A DNA stretch of 64,000 bases from an uncultured candidatus Brocadiaceae bacterium (GTDB lineage: Bacteria > Planctomycetota > UBA1135 > UBA2386), in NCBI GenBank assembly GCA_964538915.1, contig CAZIFB010000023.1, positions 3,294 through 67,293 of the forward strand, read 5' to 3'. Below, in pieces: positions 42,191 through 49,668 of this stretch; position 1 is the stretch's first letter, and every line of letters starts with the position of its first letter. Below the pieces are notes generated by a model. That model was not told the origin of the DNA. It ran no database searches and was given only the letters and a program-made list of their open reading frames with translations. The position numbers and the translations under genes were made by a program.

Positions 42191-43840
42191 TCACTTGTCG
42201 GACGGGATCTCGAGCATCGTCGACTCCTGCAGGCGAGCCTGCATGTCGGCGACGTAGCGCGGCACCTCGAACGCGGCGGTCAGCGACCACGGGTGCCGCT
42301 CGCGAACCGCGTTCCACAGCACGATCACGTCCTGGTACTGGCGCTGCTCGACCATCCGTTCCTTGCTCACCAGCGACCAGGTCTCGACGACGGCGAAGCG
42401 CGCCACCAGCTCGACGCACGCGAATGCACCGAACGCGGCGACACCGCACACGGTGAGGAACAGGCGCACCAGGCGACGCTTCCGTTCGCGACGGCGCACG
42501 AAGATCTCCTTGTCGATCATCTCGATCGACACGGTCGCTTCGCGGTTGCCGGGCTCGATGTCCAGGACCTCCTCGAACAGGGAACGTGCGGCGACGTAGT
42601 CCTGCTTCTGGATCAAGGTCTTGCCGCGCCGCGCTAGCTGCTTCACCGCCTCCTGCGACTCGCCGCAGTCGACACGGCAACGCGCGAGCTCGACGTGCAG
42701 GGCGTCGTCGTCGGGTGCGACACGCAGCAGCTTCTCGAGCACTTCCTTCGCCCGGCTGTGCAGACCGGGACCGCGATGGAGCGACACGAGCTGCATGCCG
42801 TCCCGCACCGCTTCTTCGCGTCGCCCCTGCGCGATGAGCAGCGCCAACGTCTTCTCCCAGAGACTCTGGTCGGTCGGCGTCAGCTCCTTCGCGTACTCGA
42901 GTTCGCGCAGCGCGTCGTCCGTACGACCGGCCTCGAGGTGGAGATGCCCGGCCAGCTTGCGCGCCGCGGCGGCGGCGACGCCGTCGTCCAACGCCTCGGC
43001 GAGGCGCGCTTCGGCGGCGAGCAGGTCGAGGTTGTGCGGTTCGCGCTCCAGCGCACGGCGGACGAGCTGACGCGACCGCGCCGGATCGTCGCTCTCGACG
43101 CCCCGCGCGATCTCGAGCAGGTCCTCGGTTCCCGTCGGCCGCGCGAGCCGGTCGCGGACGAAGTCGGCCATCATCTTGAACGCGAGGAAGCGCTGGTGCG
43201 GGAAGAGGTCGGCGACCTCCTTCACGCTGCGCGAGCCGTCGAGTGCACCGAGGATCTGTGCCGCCAGTTCGGGGTCCTCGCTCTCGGCCGGGCACCTGGC
43301 CCCGGTGCGCGCCTGGAAGTGCATGCCCTCCGACGGCAGGAACTTCTTGATCTCGGCCCAATGATCGACACGGCGCGTGGCTTCGAGGATCAACGGCGCC
43401 ACCGGCAGTGCGAGCTGCAGACTCGTCTCGTCCGCGTCGAAGCCGCGGTCCGGCTCCTTCTGTTCTTCGAACTGGAATTCGCCCTGCGCCGCCGCGATCA
43501 GGTTCGCGATGTCCTCCGAGAGGAACTCCTCCGCAGCCTGCTTCGCGGCTTCGAACGTGAGCACCTTCGCGCCGACCAGCACTTCGAGCGCACAACGACG
43601 ACCGCGCTTCTTGTCGGCGGCCTCGAGCTTGCGTCGCGTCAGCACACCCGCGGCGACCAGGCGCTCGGGCAACGACACACGACCGTCGCTCGCGAGCATC
43701 GCGACGTTGCCGTCGCGGAAGAACACCTTCGACTGCCCGTCCTCCGAGCGCAGCGTCAGCGTGCCGGTCCGCGCATGGACCTGGATGTTCTGCAAGAGGT
43801 CCGCGAGATCGATGGTTGCGAGATCGCCCGAAACGGTCAT
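42191..43840 (-). CDS. DUF4388 (PatA-N-like) plus TPR-repeat protein with C-terminal TM helix
   Basis: Start set to ATG 43840 (GGAGG 5 nt upstream) rather than 43879. N-terminal GDLATIDLADLLQNIQVHARTGTLTL (DUF4388 signature). TPR-like helices in the middle. TM helix LFLTVCGVAAFGAFACVELVA. Confidence 0.8.
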   Translation of the reverse strand: MTVSGDLATIDLADLLQNIQVHARTGTLTLRSEDGQSKVFFRDGNVAMLASDGRVSLPERLVAAGVLTRRKLEAADKKRGRRCALEVLVGAKVLTFEAAKQAAEEFLSEDIANLIAAAQGEFQFEEQKEPDRGFDADETSLQLALPVAPLILEATRRVDHWAEIKKFLPSEGMHFQARTGARCPAESEDPELAAQILGALDGSRSVKEVADLFPHQRFLAFKMMADFVRDRLARPTGTEDLLEIARGVESDDPARSRQLVRRALEREPHNLDLLAAEARLAEALDDGVAAAAARKLAGHLHLEAGRTDDALRELEYAKELTPTDQSLWEKTLALLIAQGRREEAVRDGMQLVSLHRGPGLHSRAKEVLEKLLRVAPDDDALHVELARCRVDCGESQEAVKQLARRGKTLIQKQDYVAARSLFEEVLDIEPGNREATVSIEMIDKEIFVRRRERKRRLVRLFLTVCGVAAFGAFACVELVARFAVVETWSLVSKERMVEQRQYQDVIVLWNAVRERHPWSLTAAFEVPRYVADMQARLQESTMLEIPSDK

Positions 43841-44010
43841 GACATCCTCCGCATCCCGTTTCGGCATCGCGCGCGCCACGCGGGTGGACCACTACGGAAA
43901 ACTCCGCCCTGCCGCCCCTGCTCCGGCGCCGAACCCTCGATGGCGCCGGGAGACCCGATCCGGGACGAACTTGCGCGGCCCGGCGACGCCCACCTACCAT
44001 CGCCGCGCGC

Positions 44011-44775
44011 ATGCGACCTTCCGAGCGACCCACGACGCCGCTCCTGCTGTCCGTCCTGGCGGCAGGGCTCTTCGCCGCCTCGGCGAGTTCGCAGACGCCT
44101 CCCGCGGCGCCGAAGGCGGTGGATCCCGCGCCGAAGGCGATCGAGCCGACACCGCAGGATCGGGCGCGCCCGGCGAACGCCACCGAGCTGTTCCGAGCGA
44201 TGGCGGCGATGCGCGGCCTCGAAGCGAGGTTCGAGGAGGAGAAGCACCTGCAGCTGCTCGCCGCTCCGCTGCACAGCTCGGGTGCGCTGTACTTCCTGCG
44301 GCTCGACCCGCGCGACGCGGGGGAAGGGCGCACCGCCGGCGGCTACCTGACGCGTGTCGTCGAGAAGCCCGAGCCGTCGACCGTGCGGATCTCGCCACGG
44401 GAACTGCGTGTGCAGAACCGCGACGGCACCGAAGTCATCGACCTCGAACGCAGCGACAAGGTGCGCACGTTCGTCTCGTCGCTCGTGCAGGTGTTCGCCG
44501 GCGACGAGGCGGCGCTGACGAAGGCGTGGTCCGTCGAGTTCGTCACCGATCCGAAGAGCGACAAGACCTGGACGCTGACGCTGTCGCCGCGCGCGGCGCC
44601 GCTCGACAAGACCGTGAAGAGCCTGCGCCTCGTCGGCGAGGGGCGCGCGATCGTCCGCGTGGAGATGCTGGAGCCGAACGGCGACCGCACCGTGACGCGC
44701 ATCGTCGGCGCCGACCCCGACCGGGCCTTCGACGCCGCCGAGCAGAAGAAGCTGTTCGGCATCGAACCGCGATGA
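44011..44775 (+). CDS. LolA-like outer-membrane lipoprotein-carrier-fold protein (ApeL-like)
   Basis: Signal peptide. FRAMAAMRGLEARFEEEKHLQLLAAPLHSSGALYF matches the LolA-family N-terminal pattern. Sits directly upstream of the MMPL gene. Confidence 0.7.
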   Translation: MRPSERPTTPLLLSVLAAGLFAASASSQTPPAAPKAVDPAPKAIEPTPQDRARPANATELFRAMAAMRGLEARFEEEKHLQLLAAPLHSSGALYFLRLDPRDAGEGRTAGGYLTRVVEKPEPSTVRISPRELRVQNRDGTEVIDLERSDKVRTFVSSLVQVFAGDEAALTKAWSVEFVTDPKSDKTWTLTLSPRAAPLDKTVKSLRLVGEGRAIVRVEMLEPNGDRTVTRIVGADPDRAFDAAEQKKLFGIEPR

Positions 44776-47168
44776 CCGGCGGCGAACGGCCGCGGCTCCT
44801 GCTCGGCGCACTGGTCCTCGCCATCCTGGGCGGGTTCGTCGCGCTGCGATTGCGTGTCACGACCGACATCACGCACTTCCTGCCGCACGGCGAACGCGAC
44901 TCCGACGTCGATCTCGCGCGCCGCATCGCGACCGGGCCGATGAGCCGCACGATGGTCCTGCTCGTCGACACGAACGACCGCGACGAGGCCGCCGCCGTCA
45001 GCAGGACGTTCGAGGCCGAACTGCGCGCGGAGCCGGCGGTCGCGATCGCGGCCGAGTCGATCGAGGGCGGTCCGCCGCCCGGCATCGAGGAGGCGCTGTG
45101 GTCGCTGTGGCACCCGCGACGTTTCGCGTTCCTCGCGGCGGAGACCGACGACGGGCAATCGCGGATCGGCGACGCACGCATCACCGCGGCGGTGGCCGAG
45201 CTGAAACGTCGCCTCGCTTCGCCGATGTCGGGGCTCGTCTCGCGCGTGGCGCCGAGCGATCCGTTCCTCGTGATGCCGCGACTCTTCGAACGCATGTCCG
45301 GCGGCAGCGGCGCCGGGCTCGCGATCGTCGAAGACCGCTTCGTCACGACCGACGGAACCGGAGCCGTGCTCTTCCTCACGACGCGCGCGTCGTCGTCCGA
45401 CTCGACGGCGCAGCGCCCGGTGCTGCGCGGCGTGCAGGACGCGTTCGCCCGCGTCGTGCAGAAGCACGGCCGGCACCTGCGCCTCCGGCGCAGCGGCGCG
45501 AACCGCCACGCGATCGCGGCCGAGGACTCGATGCAGGCGGACATGCAGCGTGTGTCGATCGTGTCGATCGCCGGCCTGCTGTCGCTCTACCTCCTGTTGT
45601 TCCGCTCCGTCCGCCCCGCGCTGCTGTCGCTCCCCGTCCTCGGCGCAGGCTTCCTCGCGGGCACCACCTCCTGCCTGCTCGCTTTCGGCGCGATCCACGG
45701 GCTCACGCTCGCGTTCGGCGCGTCCCTGCTCGGCGTCGCCGTCGACTACTCCCTGCACTTCTATGCGCACGAGGCGCTGTCGCCCGACCCGCGCGGCCCG
45801 CGTTCGACGCTGCGGCGGATCCAGGGCAGCCTCGTGCTGTGCACCGCGACGACGATCGTCGGCTTCGTCGCGCTGCTCGGCTCGACGTTCCCCGGCCTGC
45901 GCGAACTGGCTCTCTTCGCGGCCACCGGCCTCGCGGCCTCGCTCGGCGCAACGTGGCTGATCCTGCCGGCCCTCACCCGCGGCGTCCGCGTCACCCGCGT
46001 GAGCCGTATCCTCACCGGCGGCCTCGCTGCACTCGAAGACCGCCGCACGCGATCGCGGCTCTGGCTCGTGCTCCCGGCGATCGCGATCCTCGTCGCGACC
46101 GCTGTCGGCCTGCCGCGTGCGTCGTGGGACGACAGCGTGCAGAGCCTGAACCGCGTCGATGCGACCTTGAAGGCCGAAGACGACGCCGTGCACGCACGGG
46201 TCGCGCGCTTCGAGCAGCGGCGCGTGCTGGTCACCGAGGGCGCAGACGAGAACGCAGCGCTCACGAACTACCGCACCGTGGCGACGGCGCTCGCTGCCGC
46301 GAAGGACCGGACCGCGATCGCCGACTTCGGCAACATGGCAGCGCTGCTGCCGAGCCCCGATCTGCAGGCACGGGTCGACGCGGCGGTGCGCGGCGACGCG
46401 ACGCTGTGGCCGCGCCTTCGCGACGCACTCGTCGCGGCAGGCTTCAAGACGGAGGCTTTCGCCCCGTTCGTGGAGGACCTCGGCAAGCCGGCGCCCGCGC
46501 CGCTGTTGCCCCGCGATCTCGACGGCACGCCGCTGCAATCGCTCGTGCGGCCGTTCCGCCTCGACCTGCCCGACGGCACGGCGTGGCTCTCGTTCGTGCA
46601 GCGTGCAGAGCCGGAAGCGTTCGCGGCCGCCGGAGCGCTCGGCCCGCAGGCCCTCGGCGAACACACCCGCGTCATCGACATCGAAGCGACCCTGGCCGGC
46701 GCTCTCGCACGCTACCGGGGCAGCATGGTCGAACTGCTGCTGCTCGGCACGCTGGCGGTCGTGGTGCTCGTGGCGGCGAAACAGCGGCGCCTGCGCCCGA
46801 CCCTGCTCGCCTGCGCCCCTCCACTGCTCGCCGCGGCCGGTACGGTCGGCGTGCTCACGCTGGCGGGGGTGCCGATGAACCTGATGAGCCTGATGGCCCT
46901 CCTCATGGTCGTCAGCATGGGCGACGACTACGGCATCTTCCTCGTCGACGACGCCGACGCCGAGTCGCGCGACGCGACCCACCTGTCGGTGATCTCGTCC
47001 GCGATGTCGACGATCTTCGGCTTCGGCCTGCTCGCGATGTCGGACCAGCCTGCGCTCCGTTCGATCGGTCTCGTCTCGATGGTCGGCGTCGTACTCAGCG
47101 TGGTCCTGGCGCTCGCGACCGGCGCGCTGTTCTTGCCGGTCCGCCACGGTGCTTCGCCGGCCCGTTGA
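44772..47168 (+). CDS. MMPL/RND-superfamily exporter (ApeM-like)
   Basis: ATG 44772 overlaps the upstream stop (ATGA). C-terminal 798 aa of track ORF 43377..47168. Two blocks of 5-6 TM helices each follow a large soluble loop. Motifs GVAVDYSLHF and MGDDYGIFLV. Confidence 0.85.
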   Translation: MTGGERPRLLLGALVLAILGGFVALRLRVTTDITHFLPHGERDSDVDLARRIATGPMSRTMVLLVDTNDRDEAAAVSRTFEAELRAEPAVAIAAESIEGGPPPGIEEALWSLWHPRRFAFLAAETDDGQSRIGDARITAAVAELKRRLASPMSGLVSRVAPSDPFLVMPRLFERMSGGSGAGLAIVEDRFVTTDGTGAVLFLTTRASSSDSTAQRPVLRGVQDAFARVVQKHGRHLRLRRSGANRHAIAAEDSMQADMQRVSIVSIAGLLSLYLLLFRSVRPALLSLPVLGAGFLAGTTSCLLAFGAIHGLTLAFGASLLGVAVDYSLHFYAHEALSPDPRGPRSTLRRIQGSLVLCTATTIVGFVALLGSTFPGLRELALFAATGLAASLGATWLILPALTRGVRVTRVSRILTGGLAALEDRRTRSRLWLVLPAIAILVATAVGLPRASWDDSVQSLNRVDATLKAEDDAVHARVARFEQRRVLVTEGADENAALTNYRTVATALAAAKDRTAIADFGNMAALLPSPDLQARVDAAVRGDATLWPRLRDALVAAGFKTEAFAPFVEDLGKPAPAPLLPRDLDGTPLQSLVRPFRLDLPDGTAWLSFVQRAEPEAFAAAGALGPQALGEHTRVIDIEATLAGALARYRGSMVELLLLGTLAVVVLVAAKQRRLRPTLLACAPPLLAAAGTVGVLTLAGVPMNLMSLMALLMVVSMGDDYGIFLVDDADAESRDATHLSVISSAMSTIFGFGLLAMSDQPALRSIGLVSMVGVVLSVVLALATGALFLPVRHGASPAR

Positions 47169-47220
47169 CCTCGGGCCGAATCCTGCGCTGGCGCTGCACC
47201 GACCGGCGCCGCTGCGTATC

Positions 47221-47886
47221 GTGCGCGCCGTGCGTCCCGCCCGCTGCTTGCCGCTCCTCGCCGTCGCCGTCGCCGCTGCCGCGTGCACGACGACGCGGCG
47301 CACGCCGTTCGACGAGATGGAGTATCCGGGCGAATTGCTGCCCGCGCAGGCGGTGCCCGGCGACGTGGTCTGGCAACAACGCGTCACGGCGACCTGGGGA
47401 CTGGCCGGCGGGGAACCGGGCGAACGCGGCTTCGACGCGGCGATCCAGAAGCAGGGAGACGTGCTGACGGTGCTCGGCCTGTCGCCGATGGGTTCGGTCG
47501 GCTTCGCGATGATCCTGCGCGGGACGACGGTCGAGGTGCAGAACCACGCCGACCAGGAGCTGCCGTTCCCCGCGCGATTCGTGCTGCTCGACGTGCAACG
47601 CACCTTCTACCCGTGGCTCGGCGCACCGCTGGCGAACGGGCAGCGCACCGGCGTCGTCGGCGTCGAGGAAGTCACCGAGCGATGGGCGAACGGTCGCCTG
47701 CTCCATCGCACGTTCACCCGCCGCGACGGCAAACCCGCGGGCACGATCGCGGTGACGTACGACTGGCGCGACGACGACGCACGCGACCGGCTCGCGCCCT
47801 CGCGCACCGTGCTCGACAACGGCTGGTTCGGTTACCGCCTCGCGGTCGACACGCACCGAGAGACGAAGCTCGGTCCGTCCCGCTGA
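47221..47886 (+). CDS. DUF3261-like lipoprotein (ApeN-like)
   Basis: Track ORF 47149..47886. Preferred start is GTG 47221, giving VRAVRPARCLPLLAVAVAAAA|C (lipobox). Position after the MMPL gene is as in APE clusters. Confidence 0.6.
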   Translation: MRAVRPARCLPLLAVAVAAAACTTTRRTPFDEMEYPGELLPAQAVPGDVVWQQRVTATWGLAGGEPGERGFDAAIQKQGDVLTVLGLSPMGSVGFAMILRGTTVEVQNHADQELPFPARFVLLDVQRTFYPWLGAPLANGQRTGVVGVEEVTERWANGRLLHRTFTRRDGKPAGTIAVTYDWRDDDARDRLAPSRTVLDNGWFGYRLAVDTHRETKLGPSR

Positions 47887-49004
47887 TGGCCATCCGCGTC
47901 CACGTCGCCGGCCGCGGCGCGATCACCGGCTTCGGCCCGGGCCACCGCCGGTTCGTCGACGCGATCTTCGCCGGCGAGACGGCGATCCGGACGCGCGCGC
48001 GCACTGCTGCGTTCGCGGTCCCGACGAACGTCGCGGCCGAAGTGCCCGGCGATGCACTGCCGCCGGGCCTCGCCGGGCGCGACCACGCCTTCTGGTTCGC
48101 GATCACCGCCGCCCACGAAGCGCTCACCGAAGCGCGCGAACCGCCGCACGACCGCACGATGCTCGTGCTCGCGTCGACGAAGGGCGACCTGTCTGGCGTC
48201 GACGGCGCCGGCGACGGCCTCGGGCAGCCGTGGCGGCTCGGGGCGCGGCTCGCGCACGAACTCGGCATCGGTGGCGACGTGGTGAACGTGTCGTGCGCGT
48301 GCGCGTCCGGCCTCGTGGCGCTCGCCACGGCCGCACGCCGGATCGCGGCCGGCGAAGCCGAGCGCGCCCTCGTCGTCGGCGTCGACGCGCTGCACGCGTT
48401 CGTGATGGCCGGATTCGGTTCACTCAACGCCCTCGACCGCGAACCCTGCCGGCCGTTCGATCGAGCGCGCCGCGGAGTGACCCTCGGCGAGGGTGCGGGC
48501 GCGATCCTGTTGTCGCGCCATGCGCACGAGTCGATCGGCGCCGCCATCGTCGGACACGGCGGCGCCAACGACGCGTGCCACGTCACCGGCCCCGACCGCC
48601 AGGGCGCGGGCATCGCTCTCGCCGCCGCGCGTGCGCTCGCGAACGCGGGGCTCACGACACACGACGTCGACGTGCTGCACCTGCACGGCACCGCGACCGA
48701 GGCGAACGACGCGACCGAGGCGACGGGCCTCGCGCGCCTGTTCGGTGGCCGCACGCCGCCGGCCTTCGGGACGAAGGCGCAGACCGGTCACACGCTCGGC
48801 GCAGCGGGCGTTCTCGAGGCCATCGCCGCCATCGAGTCGCTGCAACGCGGCGAAGCGGCCGCGAACGTCGCACTCGCAGACCCGGACGTCGACGCGGGTC
48901 TCGACCTCGTCCGCGCGCCGCATCGCCTGCCGCGGGCGAAGACCGCGCTCAAGGTCGCGAGCGGGTTCGGCGGCGTGCAGGCCGCGGTGGTGCTCCAGTC
49001 ATGA
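47886..49004 (+). CDS. beta-ketoacyl-ACP synthase (KS, second copy)
   Basis: ATG 47886 overlaps the upstream TGA by 1 nt. Motifs NVSCACASGL, ACHVTGP, HLHGTATEAND, ASGFGGVQAAVVL. Confidence 0.9.
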   Translation: MAIRVHVAGRGAITGFGPGHRRFVDAIFAGETAIRTRARTAAFAVPTNVAAEVPGDALPPGLAGRDHAFWFAITAAHEALTEAREPPHDRTMLVLASTKGDLSGVDGAGDGLGQPWRLGARLAHELGIGGDVVNVSCACASGLVALATAARRIAAGEAERALVVGVDALHAFVMAGFGSLNALDREPCRPFDRARRGVTLGEGAGAILLSRHAHESIGAAIVGHGGANDACHVTGPDRQGAGIALAAARALANAGLTTHDVDVLHLHGTATEANDATEATGLARLFGGRTPPAFGTKAQTGHTLGAAGVLEAIAAIESLQRGEAAANVALADPDVDAGLDLVRAPHRLPRAKTALKVASGFGGVQAAVVLQS

Positions 49005-49654
49005 CGCCTCCCGTCGTCGTGGCCGCCGTCGGCGTCGTCGACGAGATCGGCATCGCGGGGAGCAGCGGTGTGCGCGTGTCCTGGGGCGATCTCGGCATCG
49101 CCGCACCCGGCGACGGCCGCACGTTCCGCGCCGCCTTCGGTCGCAGTGACGAGACGTTCCGCCGGCTCGACGTTGCGTCCCGCACGCTCGTGCTCGCGTG
49201 CGAAGCGCTCGCGCTGCCGGCCGTGCTGGCGCCTGACCGACGCGACGAGACGGCACTGGTCGTCGAGACGACGGCCGGTTGCCTCGACGCGGATCTGCAG
49301 TTCGCCGCGAGCCTCGCCGCGGCGATGCACGACGCGCCGATCTTCCCGTACACGTTGCCGAGCACGTGCCTCGGGGAAGTGGCGCTGCGGCACGGCCTGC
49401 GCGGCATCAGCACCTGCCTGTCGGTCGCACCAGCCTCCCGCGGGGCGGCGCTCGCCGAGGCGACCCGCCTCCTGACGAACGACGAGGCGCCCGCGGTCGT
49501 CGTCGCGAGCGTCGACGTGCTCGTCCGTCCGGATGCGCCGGCCCCGCGCGAGTGCCGGGCCGTGGCCGCGCTGCTGACGACCTCGGCGTCGGGATCGCGC
49601 GCCGTGGCGATCGCGCCGCTCGCCTGGTCGTCGCTGCTCGAAGCCGCGCGCTGA
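49001..49654 (+). CDS. KS N-terminal-like chain-length-factor-type protein (second copy)
   Basis: ATG 49001 overlaps the KS stop (ATGA). 217 aa. FPYTLPSTCLGEVALRHGLRG resembles the KS fold without the catalytic triad. Confidence 0.7.
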   Translation: MTPPVVVAAVGVVDEIGIAGSSGVRVSWGDLGIAAPGDGRTFRAAFGRSDETFRRLDVASRTLVLACEALALPAVLAPDRRDETALVVETTAGCLDADLQFAASLAAAMHDAPIFPYTLPSTCLGEVALRHGLRGISTCLSVAPASRGAALAEATRLLTNDEAPAVVVASVDVLVRPDAPAPRECRAVAALLTTSASGSRAVAIAPLAWSSLLEAAR

Positions 49655-49668
49655 TCGGCGCGGCGGCG

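Noticed and set aside
43377-44771. N-terminal 465 aa of the 1263-aa ORF containing the MMPL exporter, and the many other 150-800-aa Arg/Pro/Ala-rich ORFs across the window (e.g. 8141-10582, 24160-26601, 44343-47603, 51963-56165)
   Set aside because: They have biased composition and no motifs, and they overlap motif-supported genes on the same or opposite strand. They are expected by chance at this GC content.
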